From an uncultured bacterium (GTDB lineage: Bacteria > CAYJRR01), in NCBI GenBank assembly GCA_964372275.1, contig CAYJRR010000010.1, positions 1 through 52,505 of the forward strand: 52,505 nucleotides of DNA, in the 5' to 3' direction. Below, in pieces: positions 18,439 to 28,350 of this stretch; position 1 is the first letter of the stretch; the number at the start of each line of letters is the position of its first letter. The position numbers and the translations under genes were made by a program. The notes below the pieces were generated by a model. It did no database searches, was not told the DNA's origin, and saw nothing but the letters and a program-made list of their open reading frames with translations.

Positions 18439-21400
18439 TTGCGCCAGGCCGCCGAGCGGGTGCGATTCGCGCTGGCGTCGACCGGCGGGAGGGCGCGGCT
18501 GGTCCTCGAGCAGGCCTTCCAGGGGATCGAGCCGTTCGACGGGATCCGGGTCGACCAGCTCGAGCTCGACGTCCCGGGGACGACGCTCCCGTCCGAGATC
18601 TCCGCCGGCCCCTCCGCCTTCAAGAACCGCCGACTGAAACTGAAGAGCCTGCGCTTCTCGATCTCGGAGGAGGCGGCGACGCGGCACGTCGCGGCGCAAC
18701 TCGATCCCGACGCCGGCGCGCGGGAGGTCTCGCTGCGCGTCTTCTCCGACCACGTGCGCCTCTACGCGGAGGTCGCCGGGTGCCGCTTCGTCACGCTCGG
18801 AGGGCTCGAGGTCGACGAGGCCGGACGCTTCGCCGTTTCGTTCTACGAGATCCGATGCTTCGGTCGACTCCCGCGCGGACAGACCCCGGCCGCGCTGTTC
18901 GACCGACTGCTGGGGGCCCGCGGCCGCCCGGTCGCCGAACGTACGCACGCCACGCGCTTCCTCCTGCGACCCTACGCGGCGCTCTTGGGGTCGTGGCTCC
19001 CCGCCGCCGGCTGGAAGATCCCCGACACCGCGACGGCGCTCGACCGGCAGGTGACGTTGCGGGGGGACCGGATCTACTTCCAGCTGGCGCAGAGCGCCGC
19101 GCCGGGGCTGGTGGCGGCCACCGACGGGACGCCGAACCTCGCCGCCTTCGAGCACGCCGAAGCGGAGCGGCTGTTCGACGCCGCCGAGACCAGGCTCCGC
19201 GACGGCGACCTCGCCGGCGCCGCGGCCGCCTACGCACCGTACGCCGACCCGCGCACCGGGCATCCGTTCGCGCTGCGCCGCCTGGCCTGGATCCGCGCCG
19301 CCGAGGCCACCGGGGACGCGCCCGATCCGGAGAAGCGTCGCGAGGCGATGCGTCTCGTCGAGGCGGTTCGCGCGAGGCTTCCCGACGATCCGTGGGTCGC
19401 GGCCGCCGAGCTCACCGACGCCTTGTCCGCGGGGGAGGCGGAGGCGGCGGTCGAATCGCTCGAGCGGATCTCCCAGAGGTCCGGCGACGAGGGGGACCTG
19501 CGCGGGCGGCTCTTCGGTGAGCTTCTGCTCGGCGAGCTGTACGCCACCCCCGGACCGACCTACGACCTCGCGCTCGCGCGCGGATGCTACGAGAGCGTGC
19601 TGCGCCTCGACCCGGGCTGCGCCTCCGCACGCCAGGCGTTGGGGGCGGCGCTTCGCGCGACCGGCGAGCCGGCCCGTGCCGTCGAAGAGTGGACCCGGGT
19701 GCTGGAAGGGAACCCCGAGACCGATCACGGGGCCGATGCCGCGCGCGGACTCGAGCCGGCGGTGCGTCGTTGGCTTCTCCTGGCGATCGCCGAGACGCAG
19801 CTCGACGATCTGGGCGATCCCGACAAGGCGATCCCGCTCTTCCGGATGGCGCAGGAGGGGGACGAAGCCCACCGCCTGGCGGCCTGGGAGGGTCTGGCCC
19901 GCGCCTACGCCGCCAAGGGGGACGCGCCGGCGGCGATCCGCCAGCTGGAGCGCGTGGCCGAACGGTGCGCCGCGGTCGGCGATCGCGCCGGGGCGGCGCG
20001 CGCGCAGGCCGCAATCGGGATCCTCTGGTCCGATCGGCTTTCACGTCCGGAGAACGCGCTGCTCCGGTTCGAGCGGGCGCTCGCCCTCGACCCCGGAAAC
20101 GTCGACGCGCTGGCGCGCCTGTTTCGACTCCGCGCGGAGACGGGGCGCGCCGCCGACGCCCTGAAGGTCGGTCGGGATCTGGCCGACGCCCACCTCCGCG
20201 CCGGCTCGGCGCGACGCGCGGTCGACGTTCTGCTCGAGGTCTCGCGACTCGCGCGGAGCTCGGGCGACCCGGAAGCCTCGCTCTCCGCCGCGGCGCGCGC
20301 ACTGGAGATCGATCCGGACGCGGAGGAGGTACGCCGGGCGGCGGACGAGCAGTTCCGGACGGCGGGCGAGGGGAGGCGGCTCGCGGAGCTCTACGCCACG
20401 CTCCTGCCGCGCATGCCGCCCTCGGCCGCGGCGGAGTTCCACCTGCTGCGCGCGCGGGTCCAGGCCGATCTCCTGCACGACGCCGACGCGGCGGTGGAGG
20501 ACGCGCGGGCGGCGCTTCAAAGCGCCGATGCCGCGCGCGACGTCGACCGGCAACGGCGGGCGAGGGAGCTGCTGGTCGAGCTGTTCCGCCGCGAAGGGCG
20601 GCAGGTCGAGTTGCGCGAGATCCGGAGCGCGCAATGGGCCGACGCCGATCCCGAGACCAAGGCGGCGATCGCCCTCGACCTGGGCACGATTTCGCGCGCG
20701 CTGGGGGAGTGGGAGGAGGCGCGGGGATGGTACGAGCGGGCGGCGATCGAGGCGTCGAGCGCCGGTCCGGCGCTCGCGGCGCTCGCAGACCTGGCCGCGG
20801 AGCGCGGCGATGCCGCCGGTCGCGCCGAGGCGCTGCTGCGGCGCGCGGCGCTCGAGCCGGACGGCGCCCGCCGCGTCGCGCTCCGCGTCGACGCCGCGGC
20901 GGTGCTGTTGGAGGCGGTCGGAGATCACGAGGCGGCGAAGGCCGAGACGCAGCGCGCCATCGACGAGGCCGGCGAGGAGGCCGCCCCGGCGGCGGCCTGG
21001 AAGGTGCTCGGATCGGCGCAGCGGGCCGGGAAGGAGCTCGATGCCGCGGCGCGTTCGCTGGAGCGCTGGCACCGGCGTCTCTCGGCCGATCCGTCGGTTG
21101 GCGACGCCGCGCGGGCCGCCGCCGCCCGCGAGGTGGCGGCGGTGCATGCCGAGCGCGACGACGATGCGGCCGAGCTCGACTGGATCGGGATCGCGCACGA
21201 GTCGAAGCCGGTCGATTTGGCGCTCGTCCAGCGCGGCCGATGGCTCGCCGACCGGCTGGGGGACGTCGTCCGGGCGCTCGCCTTCGAAGAGGCCGAGGCG
21301 GCGATGGTGCCGGAGCCGCGCGACGCCGCCGAACGCTGGCTCGCCGCTGGGCGCCGGCGGGACGCGCGCGGCGAGGAGGCCGAGGCGGAGCGGGACCTGC

Positions 21401-24400
21401 GTGCCGCGTTCCGCGCGGCGCCCGGCGAGGAAGCGGCGCTGGCGGCGCTCGTCGACTTCCTCACCGCCCGGGGGCGCGTCGCCGACGCGGTGAACGCGTT
21501 GGCCGAGGCGGCCTCCGCCGCGACGCCGGATCGGGCCGCTCCGCGACTGCGGCGGGCGGCGGCACTGGAGACGGACCCGGGGCGCGTCCGCCGCCTCCAC
21601 GAGCGCGTGCTCGAACTCGTCCCCGACGACCCGACGGCGCTCGCCTACCTCGCCGACGCCGCGCGCCGCGACGGCGATTGGAGGCGTGCGCGCGAGCGAC
21701 TCGAAAAACTGGCGGAGGCGACCCCCGACCTGCCGGCCGAGGAGTGCGCGCAGTTGGCGATGCGGCGGGGGGAAGCGGCGGAACGGGACGGAGACGTCGC
21801 CGCCGCCGCGGAGCGCTACCGCCTGGCCGCGGCCCTCGCGCCGAAGCTCCGCGAACCGTGGAAGGCGCTCCGCGCGATGGCGATCGCCAGCAGCCGGTTC
21901 GAGGACGCCACCGACGCCTGCGAAGAGGAGGCGCGCCGCGCCGAGTCGGCCGACGAGCGGCTGGCGCTTCTCCAGGAGGCGGGACGGCTGGCGCTCGACC
22001 GGCTGCGCCAGTACGGCCGCGCGGTGCAGCGTTTCCGCGATGTCCTGGCCCAGAATCCGCGCCACCTCCCGGCGCTGGATGCGCTGGAGGGGGCCTACGC
22101 GGCGCTCGACGACCCGACCGGGCTGCTCGACGTCCTGCTGCGCAAGGTCGAGGTACTGGAGGATCCGAAGCGGCGCTCCGAACTGCTCCTTCGCGCCGCG
22201 GAGATCTCCTGGAAACGGCGCCACGACGTCGACGCCGCGTCGGAGTACGCCCGGCGCGCACGCCTCCTCCATCCCGGCGAAGGGGAGGCGTTCGCCCTCC
22301 AGGAGGCGATGCTCAAGGCGGAGCGCCGCCACGACCGCCTCTCGCGCCTCTACGAAGAGGAGGCCGAGGCATCGACCGACCGACGCCGTGTCGCGTTCCT
22401 GGAGGACGCGGCGCTCCTGCGAGCGCAGGAGTTGGGCGACTTCGACGGCGCGGCGCGTCTGCTGGAGCGGGCGATCGGCGAGGGGCCGGGCGGCGATCCG
22501 CGCCTGCTCTCGCTTTTGGCCGACGTCCACCAGCGACGGGGGGACGGGGCGAGGCTCGCCGACACGCTCCTCCGGCTCGGCGGCGCCTACGTCGGCGCCG
22601 AGAAGGCGGCGATCTGGCTGCGGCTGGCGCGGGTCCGCGAGGAGATGCTCTCCGATCCCGCCGGCAGCCTCGCGGCGCTGCGTGAAGCGCACGAGATCGC
22701 CCCGGACGAGCGCGAGGTGGTGCTCGAGCTGCGGGCGAAGCTGTTCGCCCTCGCCGCCTGGAACGACCTCGCCGAGTTCGAGCGCGCGCTCGCCGACCGC
22801 GCGACCGATTCGCGCGACGCGGCGGCGGGGTACCGGCGCTCCGCCGTCGTCTACCGCGATCGACTTGACGACGGCCCGGCGGCGGTGCGCGCCTTCCGCC
22901 GCGCGCTGGAGCTCGATCCCTTCGATCGCGAGGCCCTCGCCGGCGCGGACGGCGTCCTCGCGGCGCGCGGCGACCACGCCACCCGCGCGCGGATCTACCG
23001 CACCCTCCTTTCGGGGAGGAGCGATGACGCGGAGCTCCGGGACGGCTACATCGACGCCATGGCGGCGGCGGGGAGCTGGACGGAGCTGGAGGCCGACCTC
23101 AAGCCGGTCTTCGACGCGGAGCCGGTGACCGGCCCGGCGGTGAGCCGGTTGCTGGCGGCGTACCGCGCCGCCGGCCGGCACCGGGATCGGGCGCGCTACC
23201 TGGAGGCGCGGGTGGCGGCGGGCGAAGCGGACGCGCGGCTCGTTCTCGAGGAGTCGTTCGCCGAGCGCGAGGACTGGCGCGGCCTGGCCGAGTTCTACCT
23301 CCGCCAGGCCGAGACGAAGCGGGGCCGGGCGCGGGCCGAGGAGGTCGCTCGCGCCTCCGCCGTCTTCCGCGACCGGCTCAACGACCTGGCGCGGGCGCGT
23401 GGCGCCTTGCGCGACGCGATCGTGACGGCCCCGGAAGACGCCGAGCTGTTCGACGCGGTGGTCGAGGTGTTCGAACGGGCCGGCGATATGGAAGGTCTCC
23501 GCGACTTCCTGTTGGAGACGGCCGAGGGGGCGACGGGGGGGGCCAAGGGGGAGCTTTTGCGCCGGGCGGCCGCCATCACGCGGGAGCGCCTGGCCGACGG
23601 CGCGCGCGCGTTCGAGATCCTCCAGGAGATCCTGGCGCGCGATCCCGACGACGACCTCGCGGCCGAGGCCGCCTTGGAGATCCTCTCGGCGAGGGCGGAC
23701 GGGGCGGGGATCTACGCCCTCTGGATGGCCCGGGGGGAGAAAGGGACCGATCCGGCGCGGCGGGCCGCGTGGTACCGCCGCGCGGCCGAGACGGCGCGCG
23801 ACGCCCTGGCCGATCCGGCCCGGACCGCGTCGGCGTACCGCGCCGCGCTGGTGATCGATCCCGACGACGGGGAGGCGGCGAGGGGGGCGGAGCGGGCCTT
23901 CGAGCAGTCGGGGCGGTGGGACGATCTGGCCTCGTTCCGCATCGCCCGCGCGGCGCGCCTTCCGGCGGGGAACGCCCGCGGCGAGGCGCTGTTCGCCGTC
24001 GCCGTCCTGGTGCGCGATCGGATCGGCGACGGGTCCAAAGCCCTGGAGCTGTTCCGGCAGGCCACCGCCGAGCGCCCCGCCGATCCGTCGGCCGTCGACG
24101 CCGCCGCGGCGATCCTCGCCTCGTCCGAGCGTTGGGACGAGCTCGCGTCCTGGCTCCTCAAGACGGCCGGGGGGCTCGCGGAAGGGGAAGCGGCGCAACG
24201 TCGCCTCGACGCGGCGGAGGTGCTGCTCGACCGGTTCCCCGGCGAGGCGTCGCGGGAGATCCAGGCGATCCAGGCGCTGGCGCAGAACCTCTACCTGTTC
24301 GACTTCGAGATTGCCATCGCCGCCTTCGACGCCGCGGTGACCCTCCTCGAGACCCGGAAGAACTGGACCGGTCTCGTCGACCTCTACAACAAGGCGCTCG

Positions 24401-27400
24401 AGGCGCCGACCTTCGCCGCCAAGCGCTCCGACGTGCTGCACCGGCTGGCGCTCCTGACCCGCGACCGACTCGAAGACCCGCCGCTCGCGGTCCGACACTG
24501 GCGGCGCGCGCTGGAGCTCGACCCGCGCCACGAGCCCTCCTTCGCCGCGCTCGACGCCTGGTTCCGTGGCTCGGCCGACTGGAGCGGTCTGCTCGACCTC
24601 CTGCAACGGATGGCGGAGTGCGCCCCCGATGCCGACTTCGCCGCCGAATGCTACGTCCGGCGCGCGGAGCTGAAGGGCGCGCAGCTCGCGGACGGCCCCG
24701 GCGCCGCCGAGGAGTACGAGCGGGCGCTGAAGGCCCGGCCGGAGGACCTCGACCTGATGCTCCGCCGCGAGTCGGCGCTCGCCGACGCCGGGCTCTGGGG
24801 CCGCCTGGTGCAGGCGCTGCTCGCGCGCGCCGCGGGGACCGAGCCGGACTCGGCGGCCGCGGCGATCCGCATCCGCGCCGCCGACATCCTCGCCGACCAG
24901 CTCCACGACGACGACGCCGCGAGGACCCTCTACGAGGAGACCCGCGCCACCGCCGCCCATCCCGACGAGCCGCTGGTGGGGCTGGAGCGGATCTATCGCC
25001 GGCGCGACGACGCCGCCCGGCTGGCCGAGACGCTGCTCGCCCGCGGCACCTTGCCGGGCGAACCGTCGGGCCGGTCACGGCTCCTGGTCGAGGCGGCGAT
25101 GCTCCGGCGCGACCGGCTGAACGACGTCGCCGGGGCGCTGGAGACGCTGACCTTCGCCCGGACTCTCGACCCCGGCGATGCCGAGGTGCTCCGGCGGATG
25201 CGCGAGATCTATCGCGACCGCGACGACTGGGCCGCGATCGACGCCACTCTCGAGGCGGAGGAGGAGCTGCTGGGGAAGGACCTGCCCGATCTGCGCGCCG
25301 CGCTCGCCTACGAGCGGGCGCTGGTGGCGCGCGACGGATTCCGCGACCTGCCGGCGGCGATCGGACACCTTTCGCGTGCGGTCGAGCTCGATCCGGAGGA
25401 CTGGACCGCGGCGCGGGCGTTGGCCGAATCGACCGAGGTGCTCGGGAACTGGCCGGTGGCCCGGCGGGAGTGGTCGCGTCTGGCGACCGGGACCGAAGGA
25501 GAAGAACGCGCCGGATTCCTGGAACGGGCGGCGGTGGCGGCGCTCAAGACGGGGGAGATCGGAAGCGCGCTCGCCCACCGCGAAGACGCGGTGGAAGCGA
25601 ATCCCGACGACATCGGCGGATGGGAGCGGCTGTCGGCGACCTACCTCGACGCACGGCAGTGGCAGGAGGCGCGGATCGCGCTCGGGGAGCTCCTGGCGCG
25701 GACCGTCCGGTCCGGGGACGCCGGGCGCACCGTCTCGATCTACTTCGACCTGGCACGAGCGGAGCGCCAGGCGGGACACGGCGACAGCGCGATCGCGCGC
25801 TTGACGCGGCTCCTGGAGGCGGCGCCCGACCACCGGGAGGCGTTGGAGCTGTTGCTCGAGCTGCGGCGGGAGCGCGGGCTGCCGGCGGAGTTGGCCGAAA
25901 CGCTTCGCCGCCTGCTTCCGCTCGCACCCGACGAACGCCGGCCGTCGCTCCTGCGCGAGCTGGGCCATTGTCTCGAGACCGGACTCGGTCGCCCGAACGA
26001 GGCGCTCGAGGTCTACCTGGAGCTGCGCCAGGCGACCCCCCAGGACGCGGAGGTCCTGTGGCGGGTGTCGGAGCTGGCCTGGCAGAACGCGCGTCACGCC
26101 TTGTTCCTCGAGACCTGGCCGGCCGTCGCCGCGGCGGAGACGGCCCCCGCGCGCCGCCTGGCGCTGGCGTTCCGTGCCGGCGACTCGCTGAAGCGGGTGA
26201 GCAAGCCGGCGGAGGCGGCGCAGCAGTTCATGCGCGCCCTCGAGATCGACCCGACGCATCCCCCGTCGTGGCTGGGCCTGGCCGACGTCTACGAGGAGGC
26301 CGGGGAGTGGCCGCGCGCCGCCGAGGCCTATGCCGGCGCGGTGCGCAACCAGCCGCCCGACACGCCGCCGGAGACGGCGGCGGAGCTGGCCATCCGCTTC
26401 GCCAATCTGCTCGCCGATCGGCTGGGGGACTTCGACGGGGCGGCGGCGCAGCTGGCGGTCGCGGTTCGCCTCAAGCCGGACGACCTGGAGCTGCGTCTGA
26501 AGCGGATCGGGACCCTCGCCCGGACGACCTCGCGCGGGGTGGGTCTCGCCGAGTTGTTGGAGATCGCGCGTCGCGATCCGCTTCACGTCGACGTCCTTCG
26601 GCTGCTGGCCGGGCTCTACGTCGAGGCGCAGGAGATCGACCGGGCGTTCGTCGTTCACCAGATCCTCCAGCTGATCGATCGGTCGGCGACCGACGCTACG
26701 ACCTTCCTCGAAGCGCACGCCTGGAAGCTCGACCAGGAGATGAAGCGCTCGCTCGACGAGCTGGCGCGCAGCCGCCACCTGACGCACCCCTTCATGAAGG
26801 GGATCGAGGAGAACCCGGAGACCTCCTTCCTGCGCGCCTCGCTGGCGGCGCTGTCCGAGCCGATCGCCGAGATCTTTCCGGCGCCGTTCACACGCGACGG
26901 ACTGGTCCAGATCGACTTCACGCAAGGGTCGGAGCTCGAGCAGATGGTGACCTCGACCCGTCTCCGGCTGGGGATGGGTCCGATGGAGATGTACTGGCGC
27001 CCCTCCGAGGTGCCGGCGAGACGGGAGACGATCTCCGACCTTCTCCACGTCGAAGCCGGCGAGCCGCCGGCCTTCCTGATCGACGACACCGTGGCCACGC
27101 TGGTCCCCGACCGCCGTGGCGCGCTGTTCGTCATCGCCAAGTACGTGGAGCGGATGCGGAGCGGCCTGGGGGGGATTGCCCGCTTGAGCGCCGCGGAGCT
27201 GGCGCGGCTGGCGCTTCTGGTGCGGAAGGCGTTCGACCCCCGCGCGGCCGAGCTGACGCTGCCGGGGGTGGCGGCCGAGGCGCAGGCCGAAGCGGTCAAA
27301 GCGTTCCGGAAACGGGTGCCGCGGCGGGCGCGGCGCGAGGTGGAGATGCTCGCGGTCTCGATCACCGCCGACCTCCTGCGTTCGTGGTGCGCGAGCCTCC

Positions 27401-27633
27401 GCCACACGGAGAATCGCGCCGGTCTTTTGGTCGGGAACGACATCGCGGCGGCGGTGCAGGTGATCTTCGGCCTCGACCGCGATCTCGCCCGCCTCGACTT
27501 CCGGCGCTCCCCCGATCCGCGCGACGCGCTGCGCCGGTCGGACGAGGCGATGGAGCTGCTCCGATTCTGCCTGTCGGAAGACTATTTCGCCTTGCGCAAG
27601 AGCCTGGGCCTGGCCTTCGACCGCCGCTCCTAG
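18439..27633 (+). CDS. Giant tetratricopeptide-repeat protein (about 3,060 aa; start uncertain)
   Basis: About 9.2 kb open frame with dozens of A..Y/F.RAL.LDP TPR-type repeats. Ends TENRAGLLVGND...ELLRFCLSEDYFALRKSLGL, a C-terminus typical of myxobacterial large TPR proteins. TTG 18439 chosen as the first start after the purF stop. Confidence 0.88.
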   Translation: MRQAAERVRFALASTGGRARLVLEQAFQGIEPFDGIRVDQLELDVPGTTLPSEISAGPSAFKNRRLKLKSLRFSISEEAATRHVAAQLDPDAGAREVSLRVFSDHVRLYAEVAGCRFVTLGGLEVDEAGRFAVSFYEIRCFGRLPRGQTPAALFDRLLGARGRPVAERTHATRFLLRPYAALLGSWLPAAGWKIPDTATALDRQVTLRGDRIYFQLAQSAAPGLVAATDGTPNLAAFEHAEAERLFDAAETRLRDGDLAGAAAAYAPYADPRTGHPFALRRLAWIRAAEATGDAPDPEKRREAMRLVEAVRARLPDDPWVAAAELTDALSAGEAEAAVESLERISQRSGDEGDLRGRLFGELLLGELYATPGPTYDLALARGCYESVLRLDPGCASARQALGAALRATGEPARAVEEWTRVLEGNPETDHGADAARGLEPAVRRWLLLAIAETQLDDLGDPDKAIPLFRMAQEGDEAHRLAAWEGLARAYAAKGDAPAAIRQLERVAERCAAVGDRAGAARAQAAIGILWSDRLSRPENALLRFERALALDPGNVDALARLFRLRAETGRAADALKVGRDLADAHLRAGSARRAVDVLLEVSRLARSSGDPEASLSAAARALEIDPDAEEVRRAADEQFRTAGEGRRLAELYATLLPRMPPSAAAEFHLLRARVQADLLHDADAAVEDARAALQSADAARDVDRQRRARELLVELFRREGRQVELREIRSAQWADADPETKAAIALDLGTISRALGEWEEARGWYERAAIEASSAGPALAALADLAAERGDAAGRAEALLRRAALEPDGARRVALRVDAAAVLLEAVGDHEAAKAETQRAIDEAGEEAAPAAAWKVLGSAQRAGKELDAAARSLERWHRRLSADPSVGDAARAAAAREVAAVHAERDDDAAELDWIGIAHESKPVDLALVQRGRWLADRLGDVVRALAFEEAEAAMVPEPRDAAERWLAAGRRRDARGEEAEAERDLRAAFRAAPGEEAALAALVDFLTARGRVADAVNALAEAASAATPDRAAPRLRRAAALETDPGRVRRLHERVLELVPDDPTALAYLADAARRDGDWRRARERLEKLAEATPDLPAEECAQLAMRRGEAAERDGDVAAAAERYRLAAALAPKLREPWKALRAMAIASSRFEDATDACEEEARRAESADERLALLQEAGRLALDRLRQYGRAVQRFRDVLAQNPRHLPALDALEGAYAALDDPTGLLDVLLRKVEVLEDPKRRSELLLRAAEISWKRRHDVDAASEYARRARLLHPGEGEAFALQEAMLKAERRHDRLSRLYEEEAEASTDRRRVAFLEDAALLRAQELGDFDGAARLLERAIGEGPGGDPRLLSLLADVHQRRGDGARLADTLLRLGGAYVGAEKAAIWLRLARVREEMLSDPAGSLAALREAHEIAPDEREVVLELRAKLFALAAWNDLAEFERALADRATDSRDAAAGYRRSAVVYRDRLDDGPAAVRAFRRALELDPFDREALAGADGVLAARGDHATRARIYRTLLSGRSDDAELRDGYIDAMAAAGSWTELEADLKPVFDAEPVTGPAVSRLLAAYRAAGRHRDRARYLEARVAAGEADARLVLEESFAEREDWRGLAEFYLRQAETKRGRARAEEVARASAVFRDRLNDLARARGALRDAIVTAPEDAELFDAVVEVFERAGDMEGLRDFLLETAEGATGGAKGELLRRAAAITRERLADGARAFEILQEILARDPDDDLAAEAALEILSARADGAGIYALWMARGEKGTDPARRAAWYRRAAETARDALADPARTASAYRAALVIDPDDGEAARGAERAFEQSGRWDDLASFRIARAARLPAGNARGEALFAVAVLVRDRIGDGSKALELFRQATAERPADPSAVDAAAAILASSERWDELASWLLKTAGGLAEGEAAQRRLDAAEVLLDRFPGEASREIQAIQALAQNLYLFDFEIAIAAFDAAVTLLETRKNWTGLVDLYNKALEAPTFAAKRSDVLHRLALLTRDRLEDPPLAVRHWRRALELDPRHEPSFAALDAWFRGSADWSGLLDLLQRMAECAPDADFAAECYVRRAELKGAQLADGPGAAEEYERALKARPEDLDLMLRRESALADAGLWGRLVQALLARAAGTEPDSAAAAIRIRAADILADQLHDDDAARTLYEETRATAAHPDEPLVGLERIYRRRDDAARLAETLLARGTLPGEPSGRSRLLVEAAMLRRDRLNDVAGALETLTFARTLDPGDAEVLRRMREIYRDRDDWAAIDATLEAEEELLGKDLPDLRAALAYERALVARDGFRDLPAAIGHLSRAVELDPEDWTAARALAESTEVLGNWPVARREWSRLATGTEGEERAGFLERAAVAALKTGEIGSALAHREDAVEANPDDIGGWERLSATYLDARQWQEARIALGELLARTVRSGDAGRTVSIYFDLARAERQAGHGDSAIARLTRLLEAAPDHREALELLLELRRERGLPAELAETLRRLLPLAPDERRPSLLRELGHCLETGLGRPNEALEVYLELRQATPQDAEVLWRVSELAWQNARHALFLETWPAVAAAETAPARRLALAFRAGDSLKRVSKPAEAAQQFMRALEIDPTHPPSWLGLADVYEEAGEWPRAAEAYAGAVRNQPPDTPPETAAELAIRFANLLADRLGDFDGAAAQLAVAVRLKPDDLELRLKRIGTLARTTSRGVGLAELLEIARRDPLHVDVLRLLAGLYVEAQEIDRAFVVHQILQLIDRSATDATTFLEAHAWKLDQEMKRSLDELARSRHLTHPFMKGIEENPETSFLRASLAALSEPIAEIFPAPFTRDGLVQIDFTQGSELEQMVTSTRLRLGMGPMEMYWRPSEVPARRETISDLLHVEAGEPPAFLIDDTVATLVPDRRGALFVIAKYVERMRSGLGGIARLSAAELARLALLVRKAFDPRAAELTLPGVAAEAQAEAVKAFRKRVPRRARREVEMLAVSITADLLRSWCASLRHTENRAGLLVGNDIAAAVQVIFGLDRDLARLDFRRSPDPRDALRRSDEAMELLRFCLSEDYFALRKSLGLAFDRRS

Positions 27634-27680
27634 CCGTGGTGTCTTGCCGGCGCGAGGGGGCTCTTGTAGGGTCCGACGAC

Positions 27681-28346
27681 ATGAAGACGCCTGCCGTGCT
27701 TGCGATCGGGGCGCTCGCGACCGCTCTCGCCGCGGCGGCGCCCGCCCGCGCCGAGGAGGCTCCGCCACGCTCCCGCTCCGCCGCCGACAAGAAGTGGGAG
27801 GTCGGCCCGCGGATCCACTTCGTCACCGCCAACCCGGTGGTGAACATCTTCTACGAGCGGCACGAGAGCCTGACGGCGACGACCTACGGGATCCAGGCGA
27901 CGCGGCGATACGATTCGGCCGGGACGCGCTTCATCTTCGGGCTCGACGTCACCAACTTCCGCACCGAGGACGGCCCCTGGCTCGAGGCGGGCGAGTCGTT
28001 CCCGGAGTCGGAGTGGACCGAGTTCCGCGGATTCCGCATGGTCTCGGCGAACGTGATCCTCGGTCACGTCTGGATGGACGAGCGCGACGCCTACGGCCTG
28101 TTCGCCGGAGGCGGGATCGGACTCGACTTCATCTCCGGGTCGATCGACACCTGGCCGACCTCCAACGGCAACGACAAGATCGACGACGACGACCTGAAGG
28201 ACGAGAAGAACGTCCCGCCGGTGCTTCCGACGGCGTTGTTCAAGGTGGGACCGATGGTGAAGCTGGAGGACAAGGGGGTGATCTCCCTCGACTTCGGATT
28301 CCACAACGGCTTCTACGTCGGCGTGACCGGCGGCGCGTTGTTCTAA
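27681..28346 (+). CDS. Putative small outer-membrane beta-barrel protein
   Basis: Signal peptide ending PARA|EE, amphipathic Gly/aromatic strands, terminal Phe (FYVGVTGGALF). Confidence 0.7.
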   Translation: MKTPAVLAIGALATALAAAAPARAEEAPPRSRSAADKKWEVGPRIHFVTANPVVNIFYERHESLTATTYGIQATRRYDSAGTRFIFGLDVTNFRTEDGPWLEAGESFPESEWTEFRGFRMVSANVILGHVWMDERDAYGLFAGGGIGLDFISGSIDTWPTSNGNDKIDDDDLKDEKNVPPVLPTALFKVGPMVKLEDKGVISLDFGFHNGFYVGVTGGALF

Positions 28347-28350
28347 GGCC

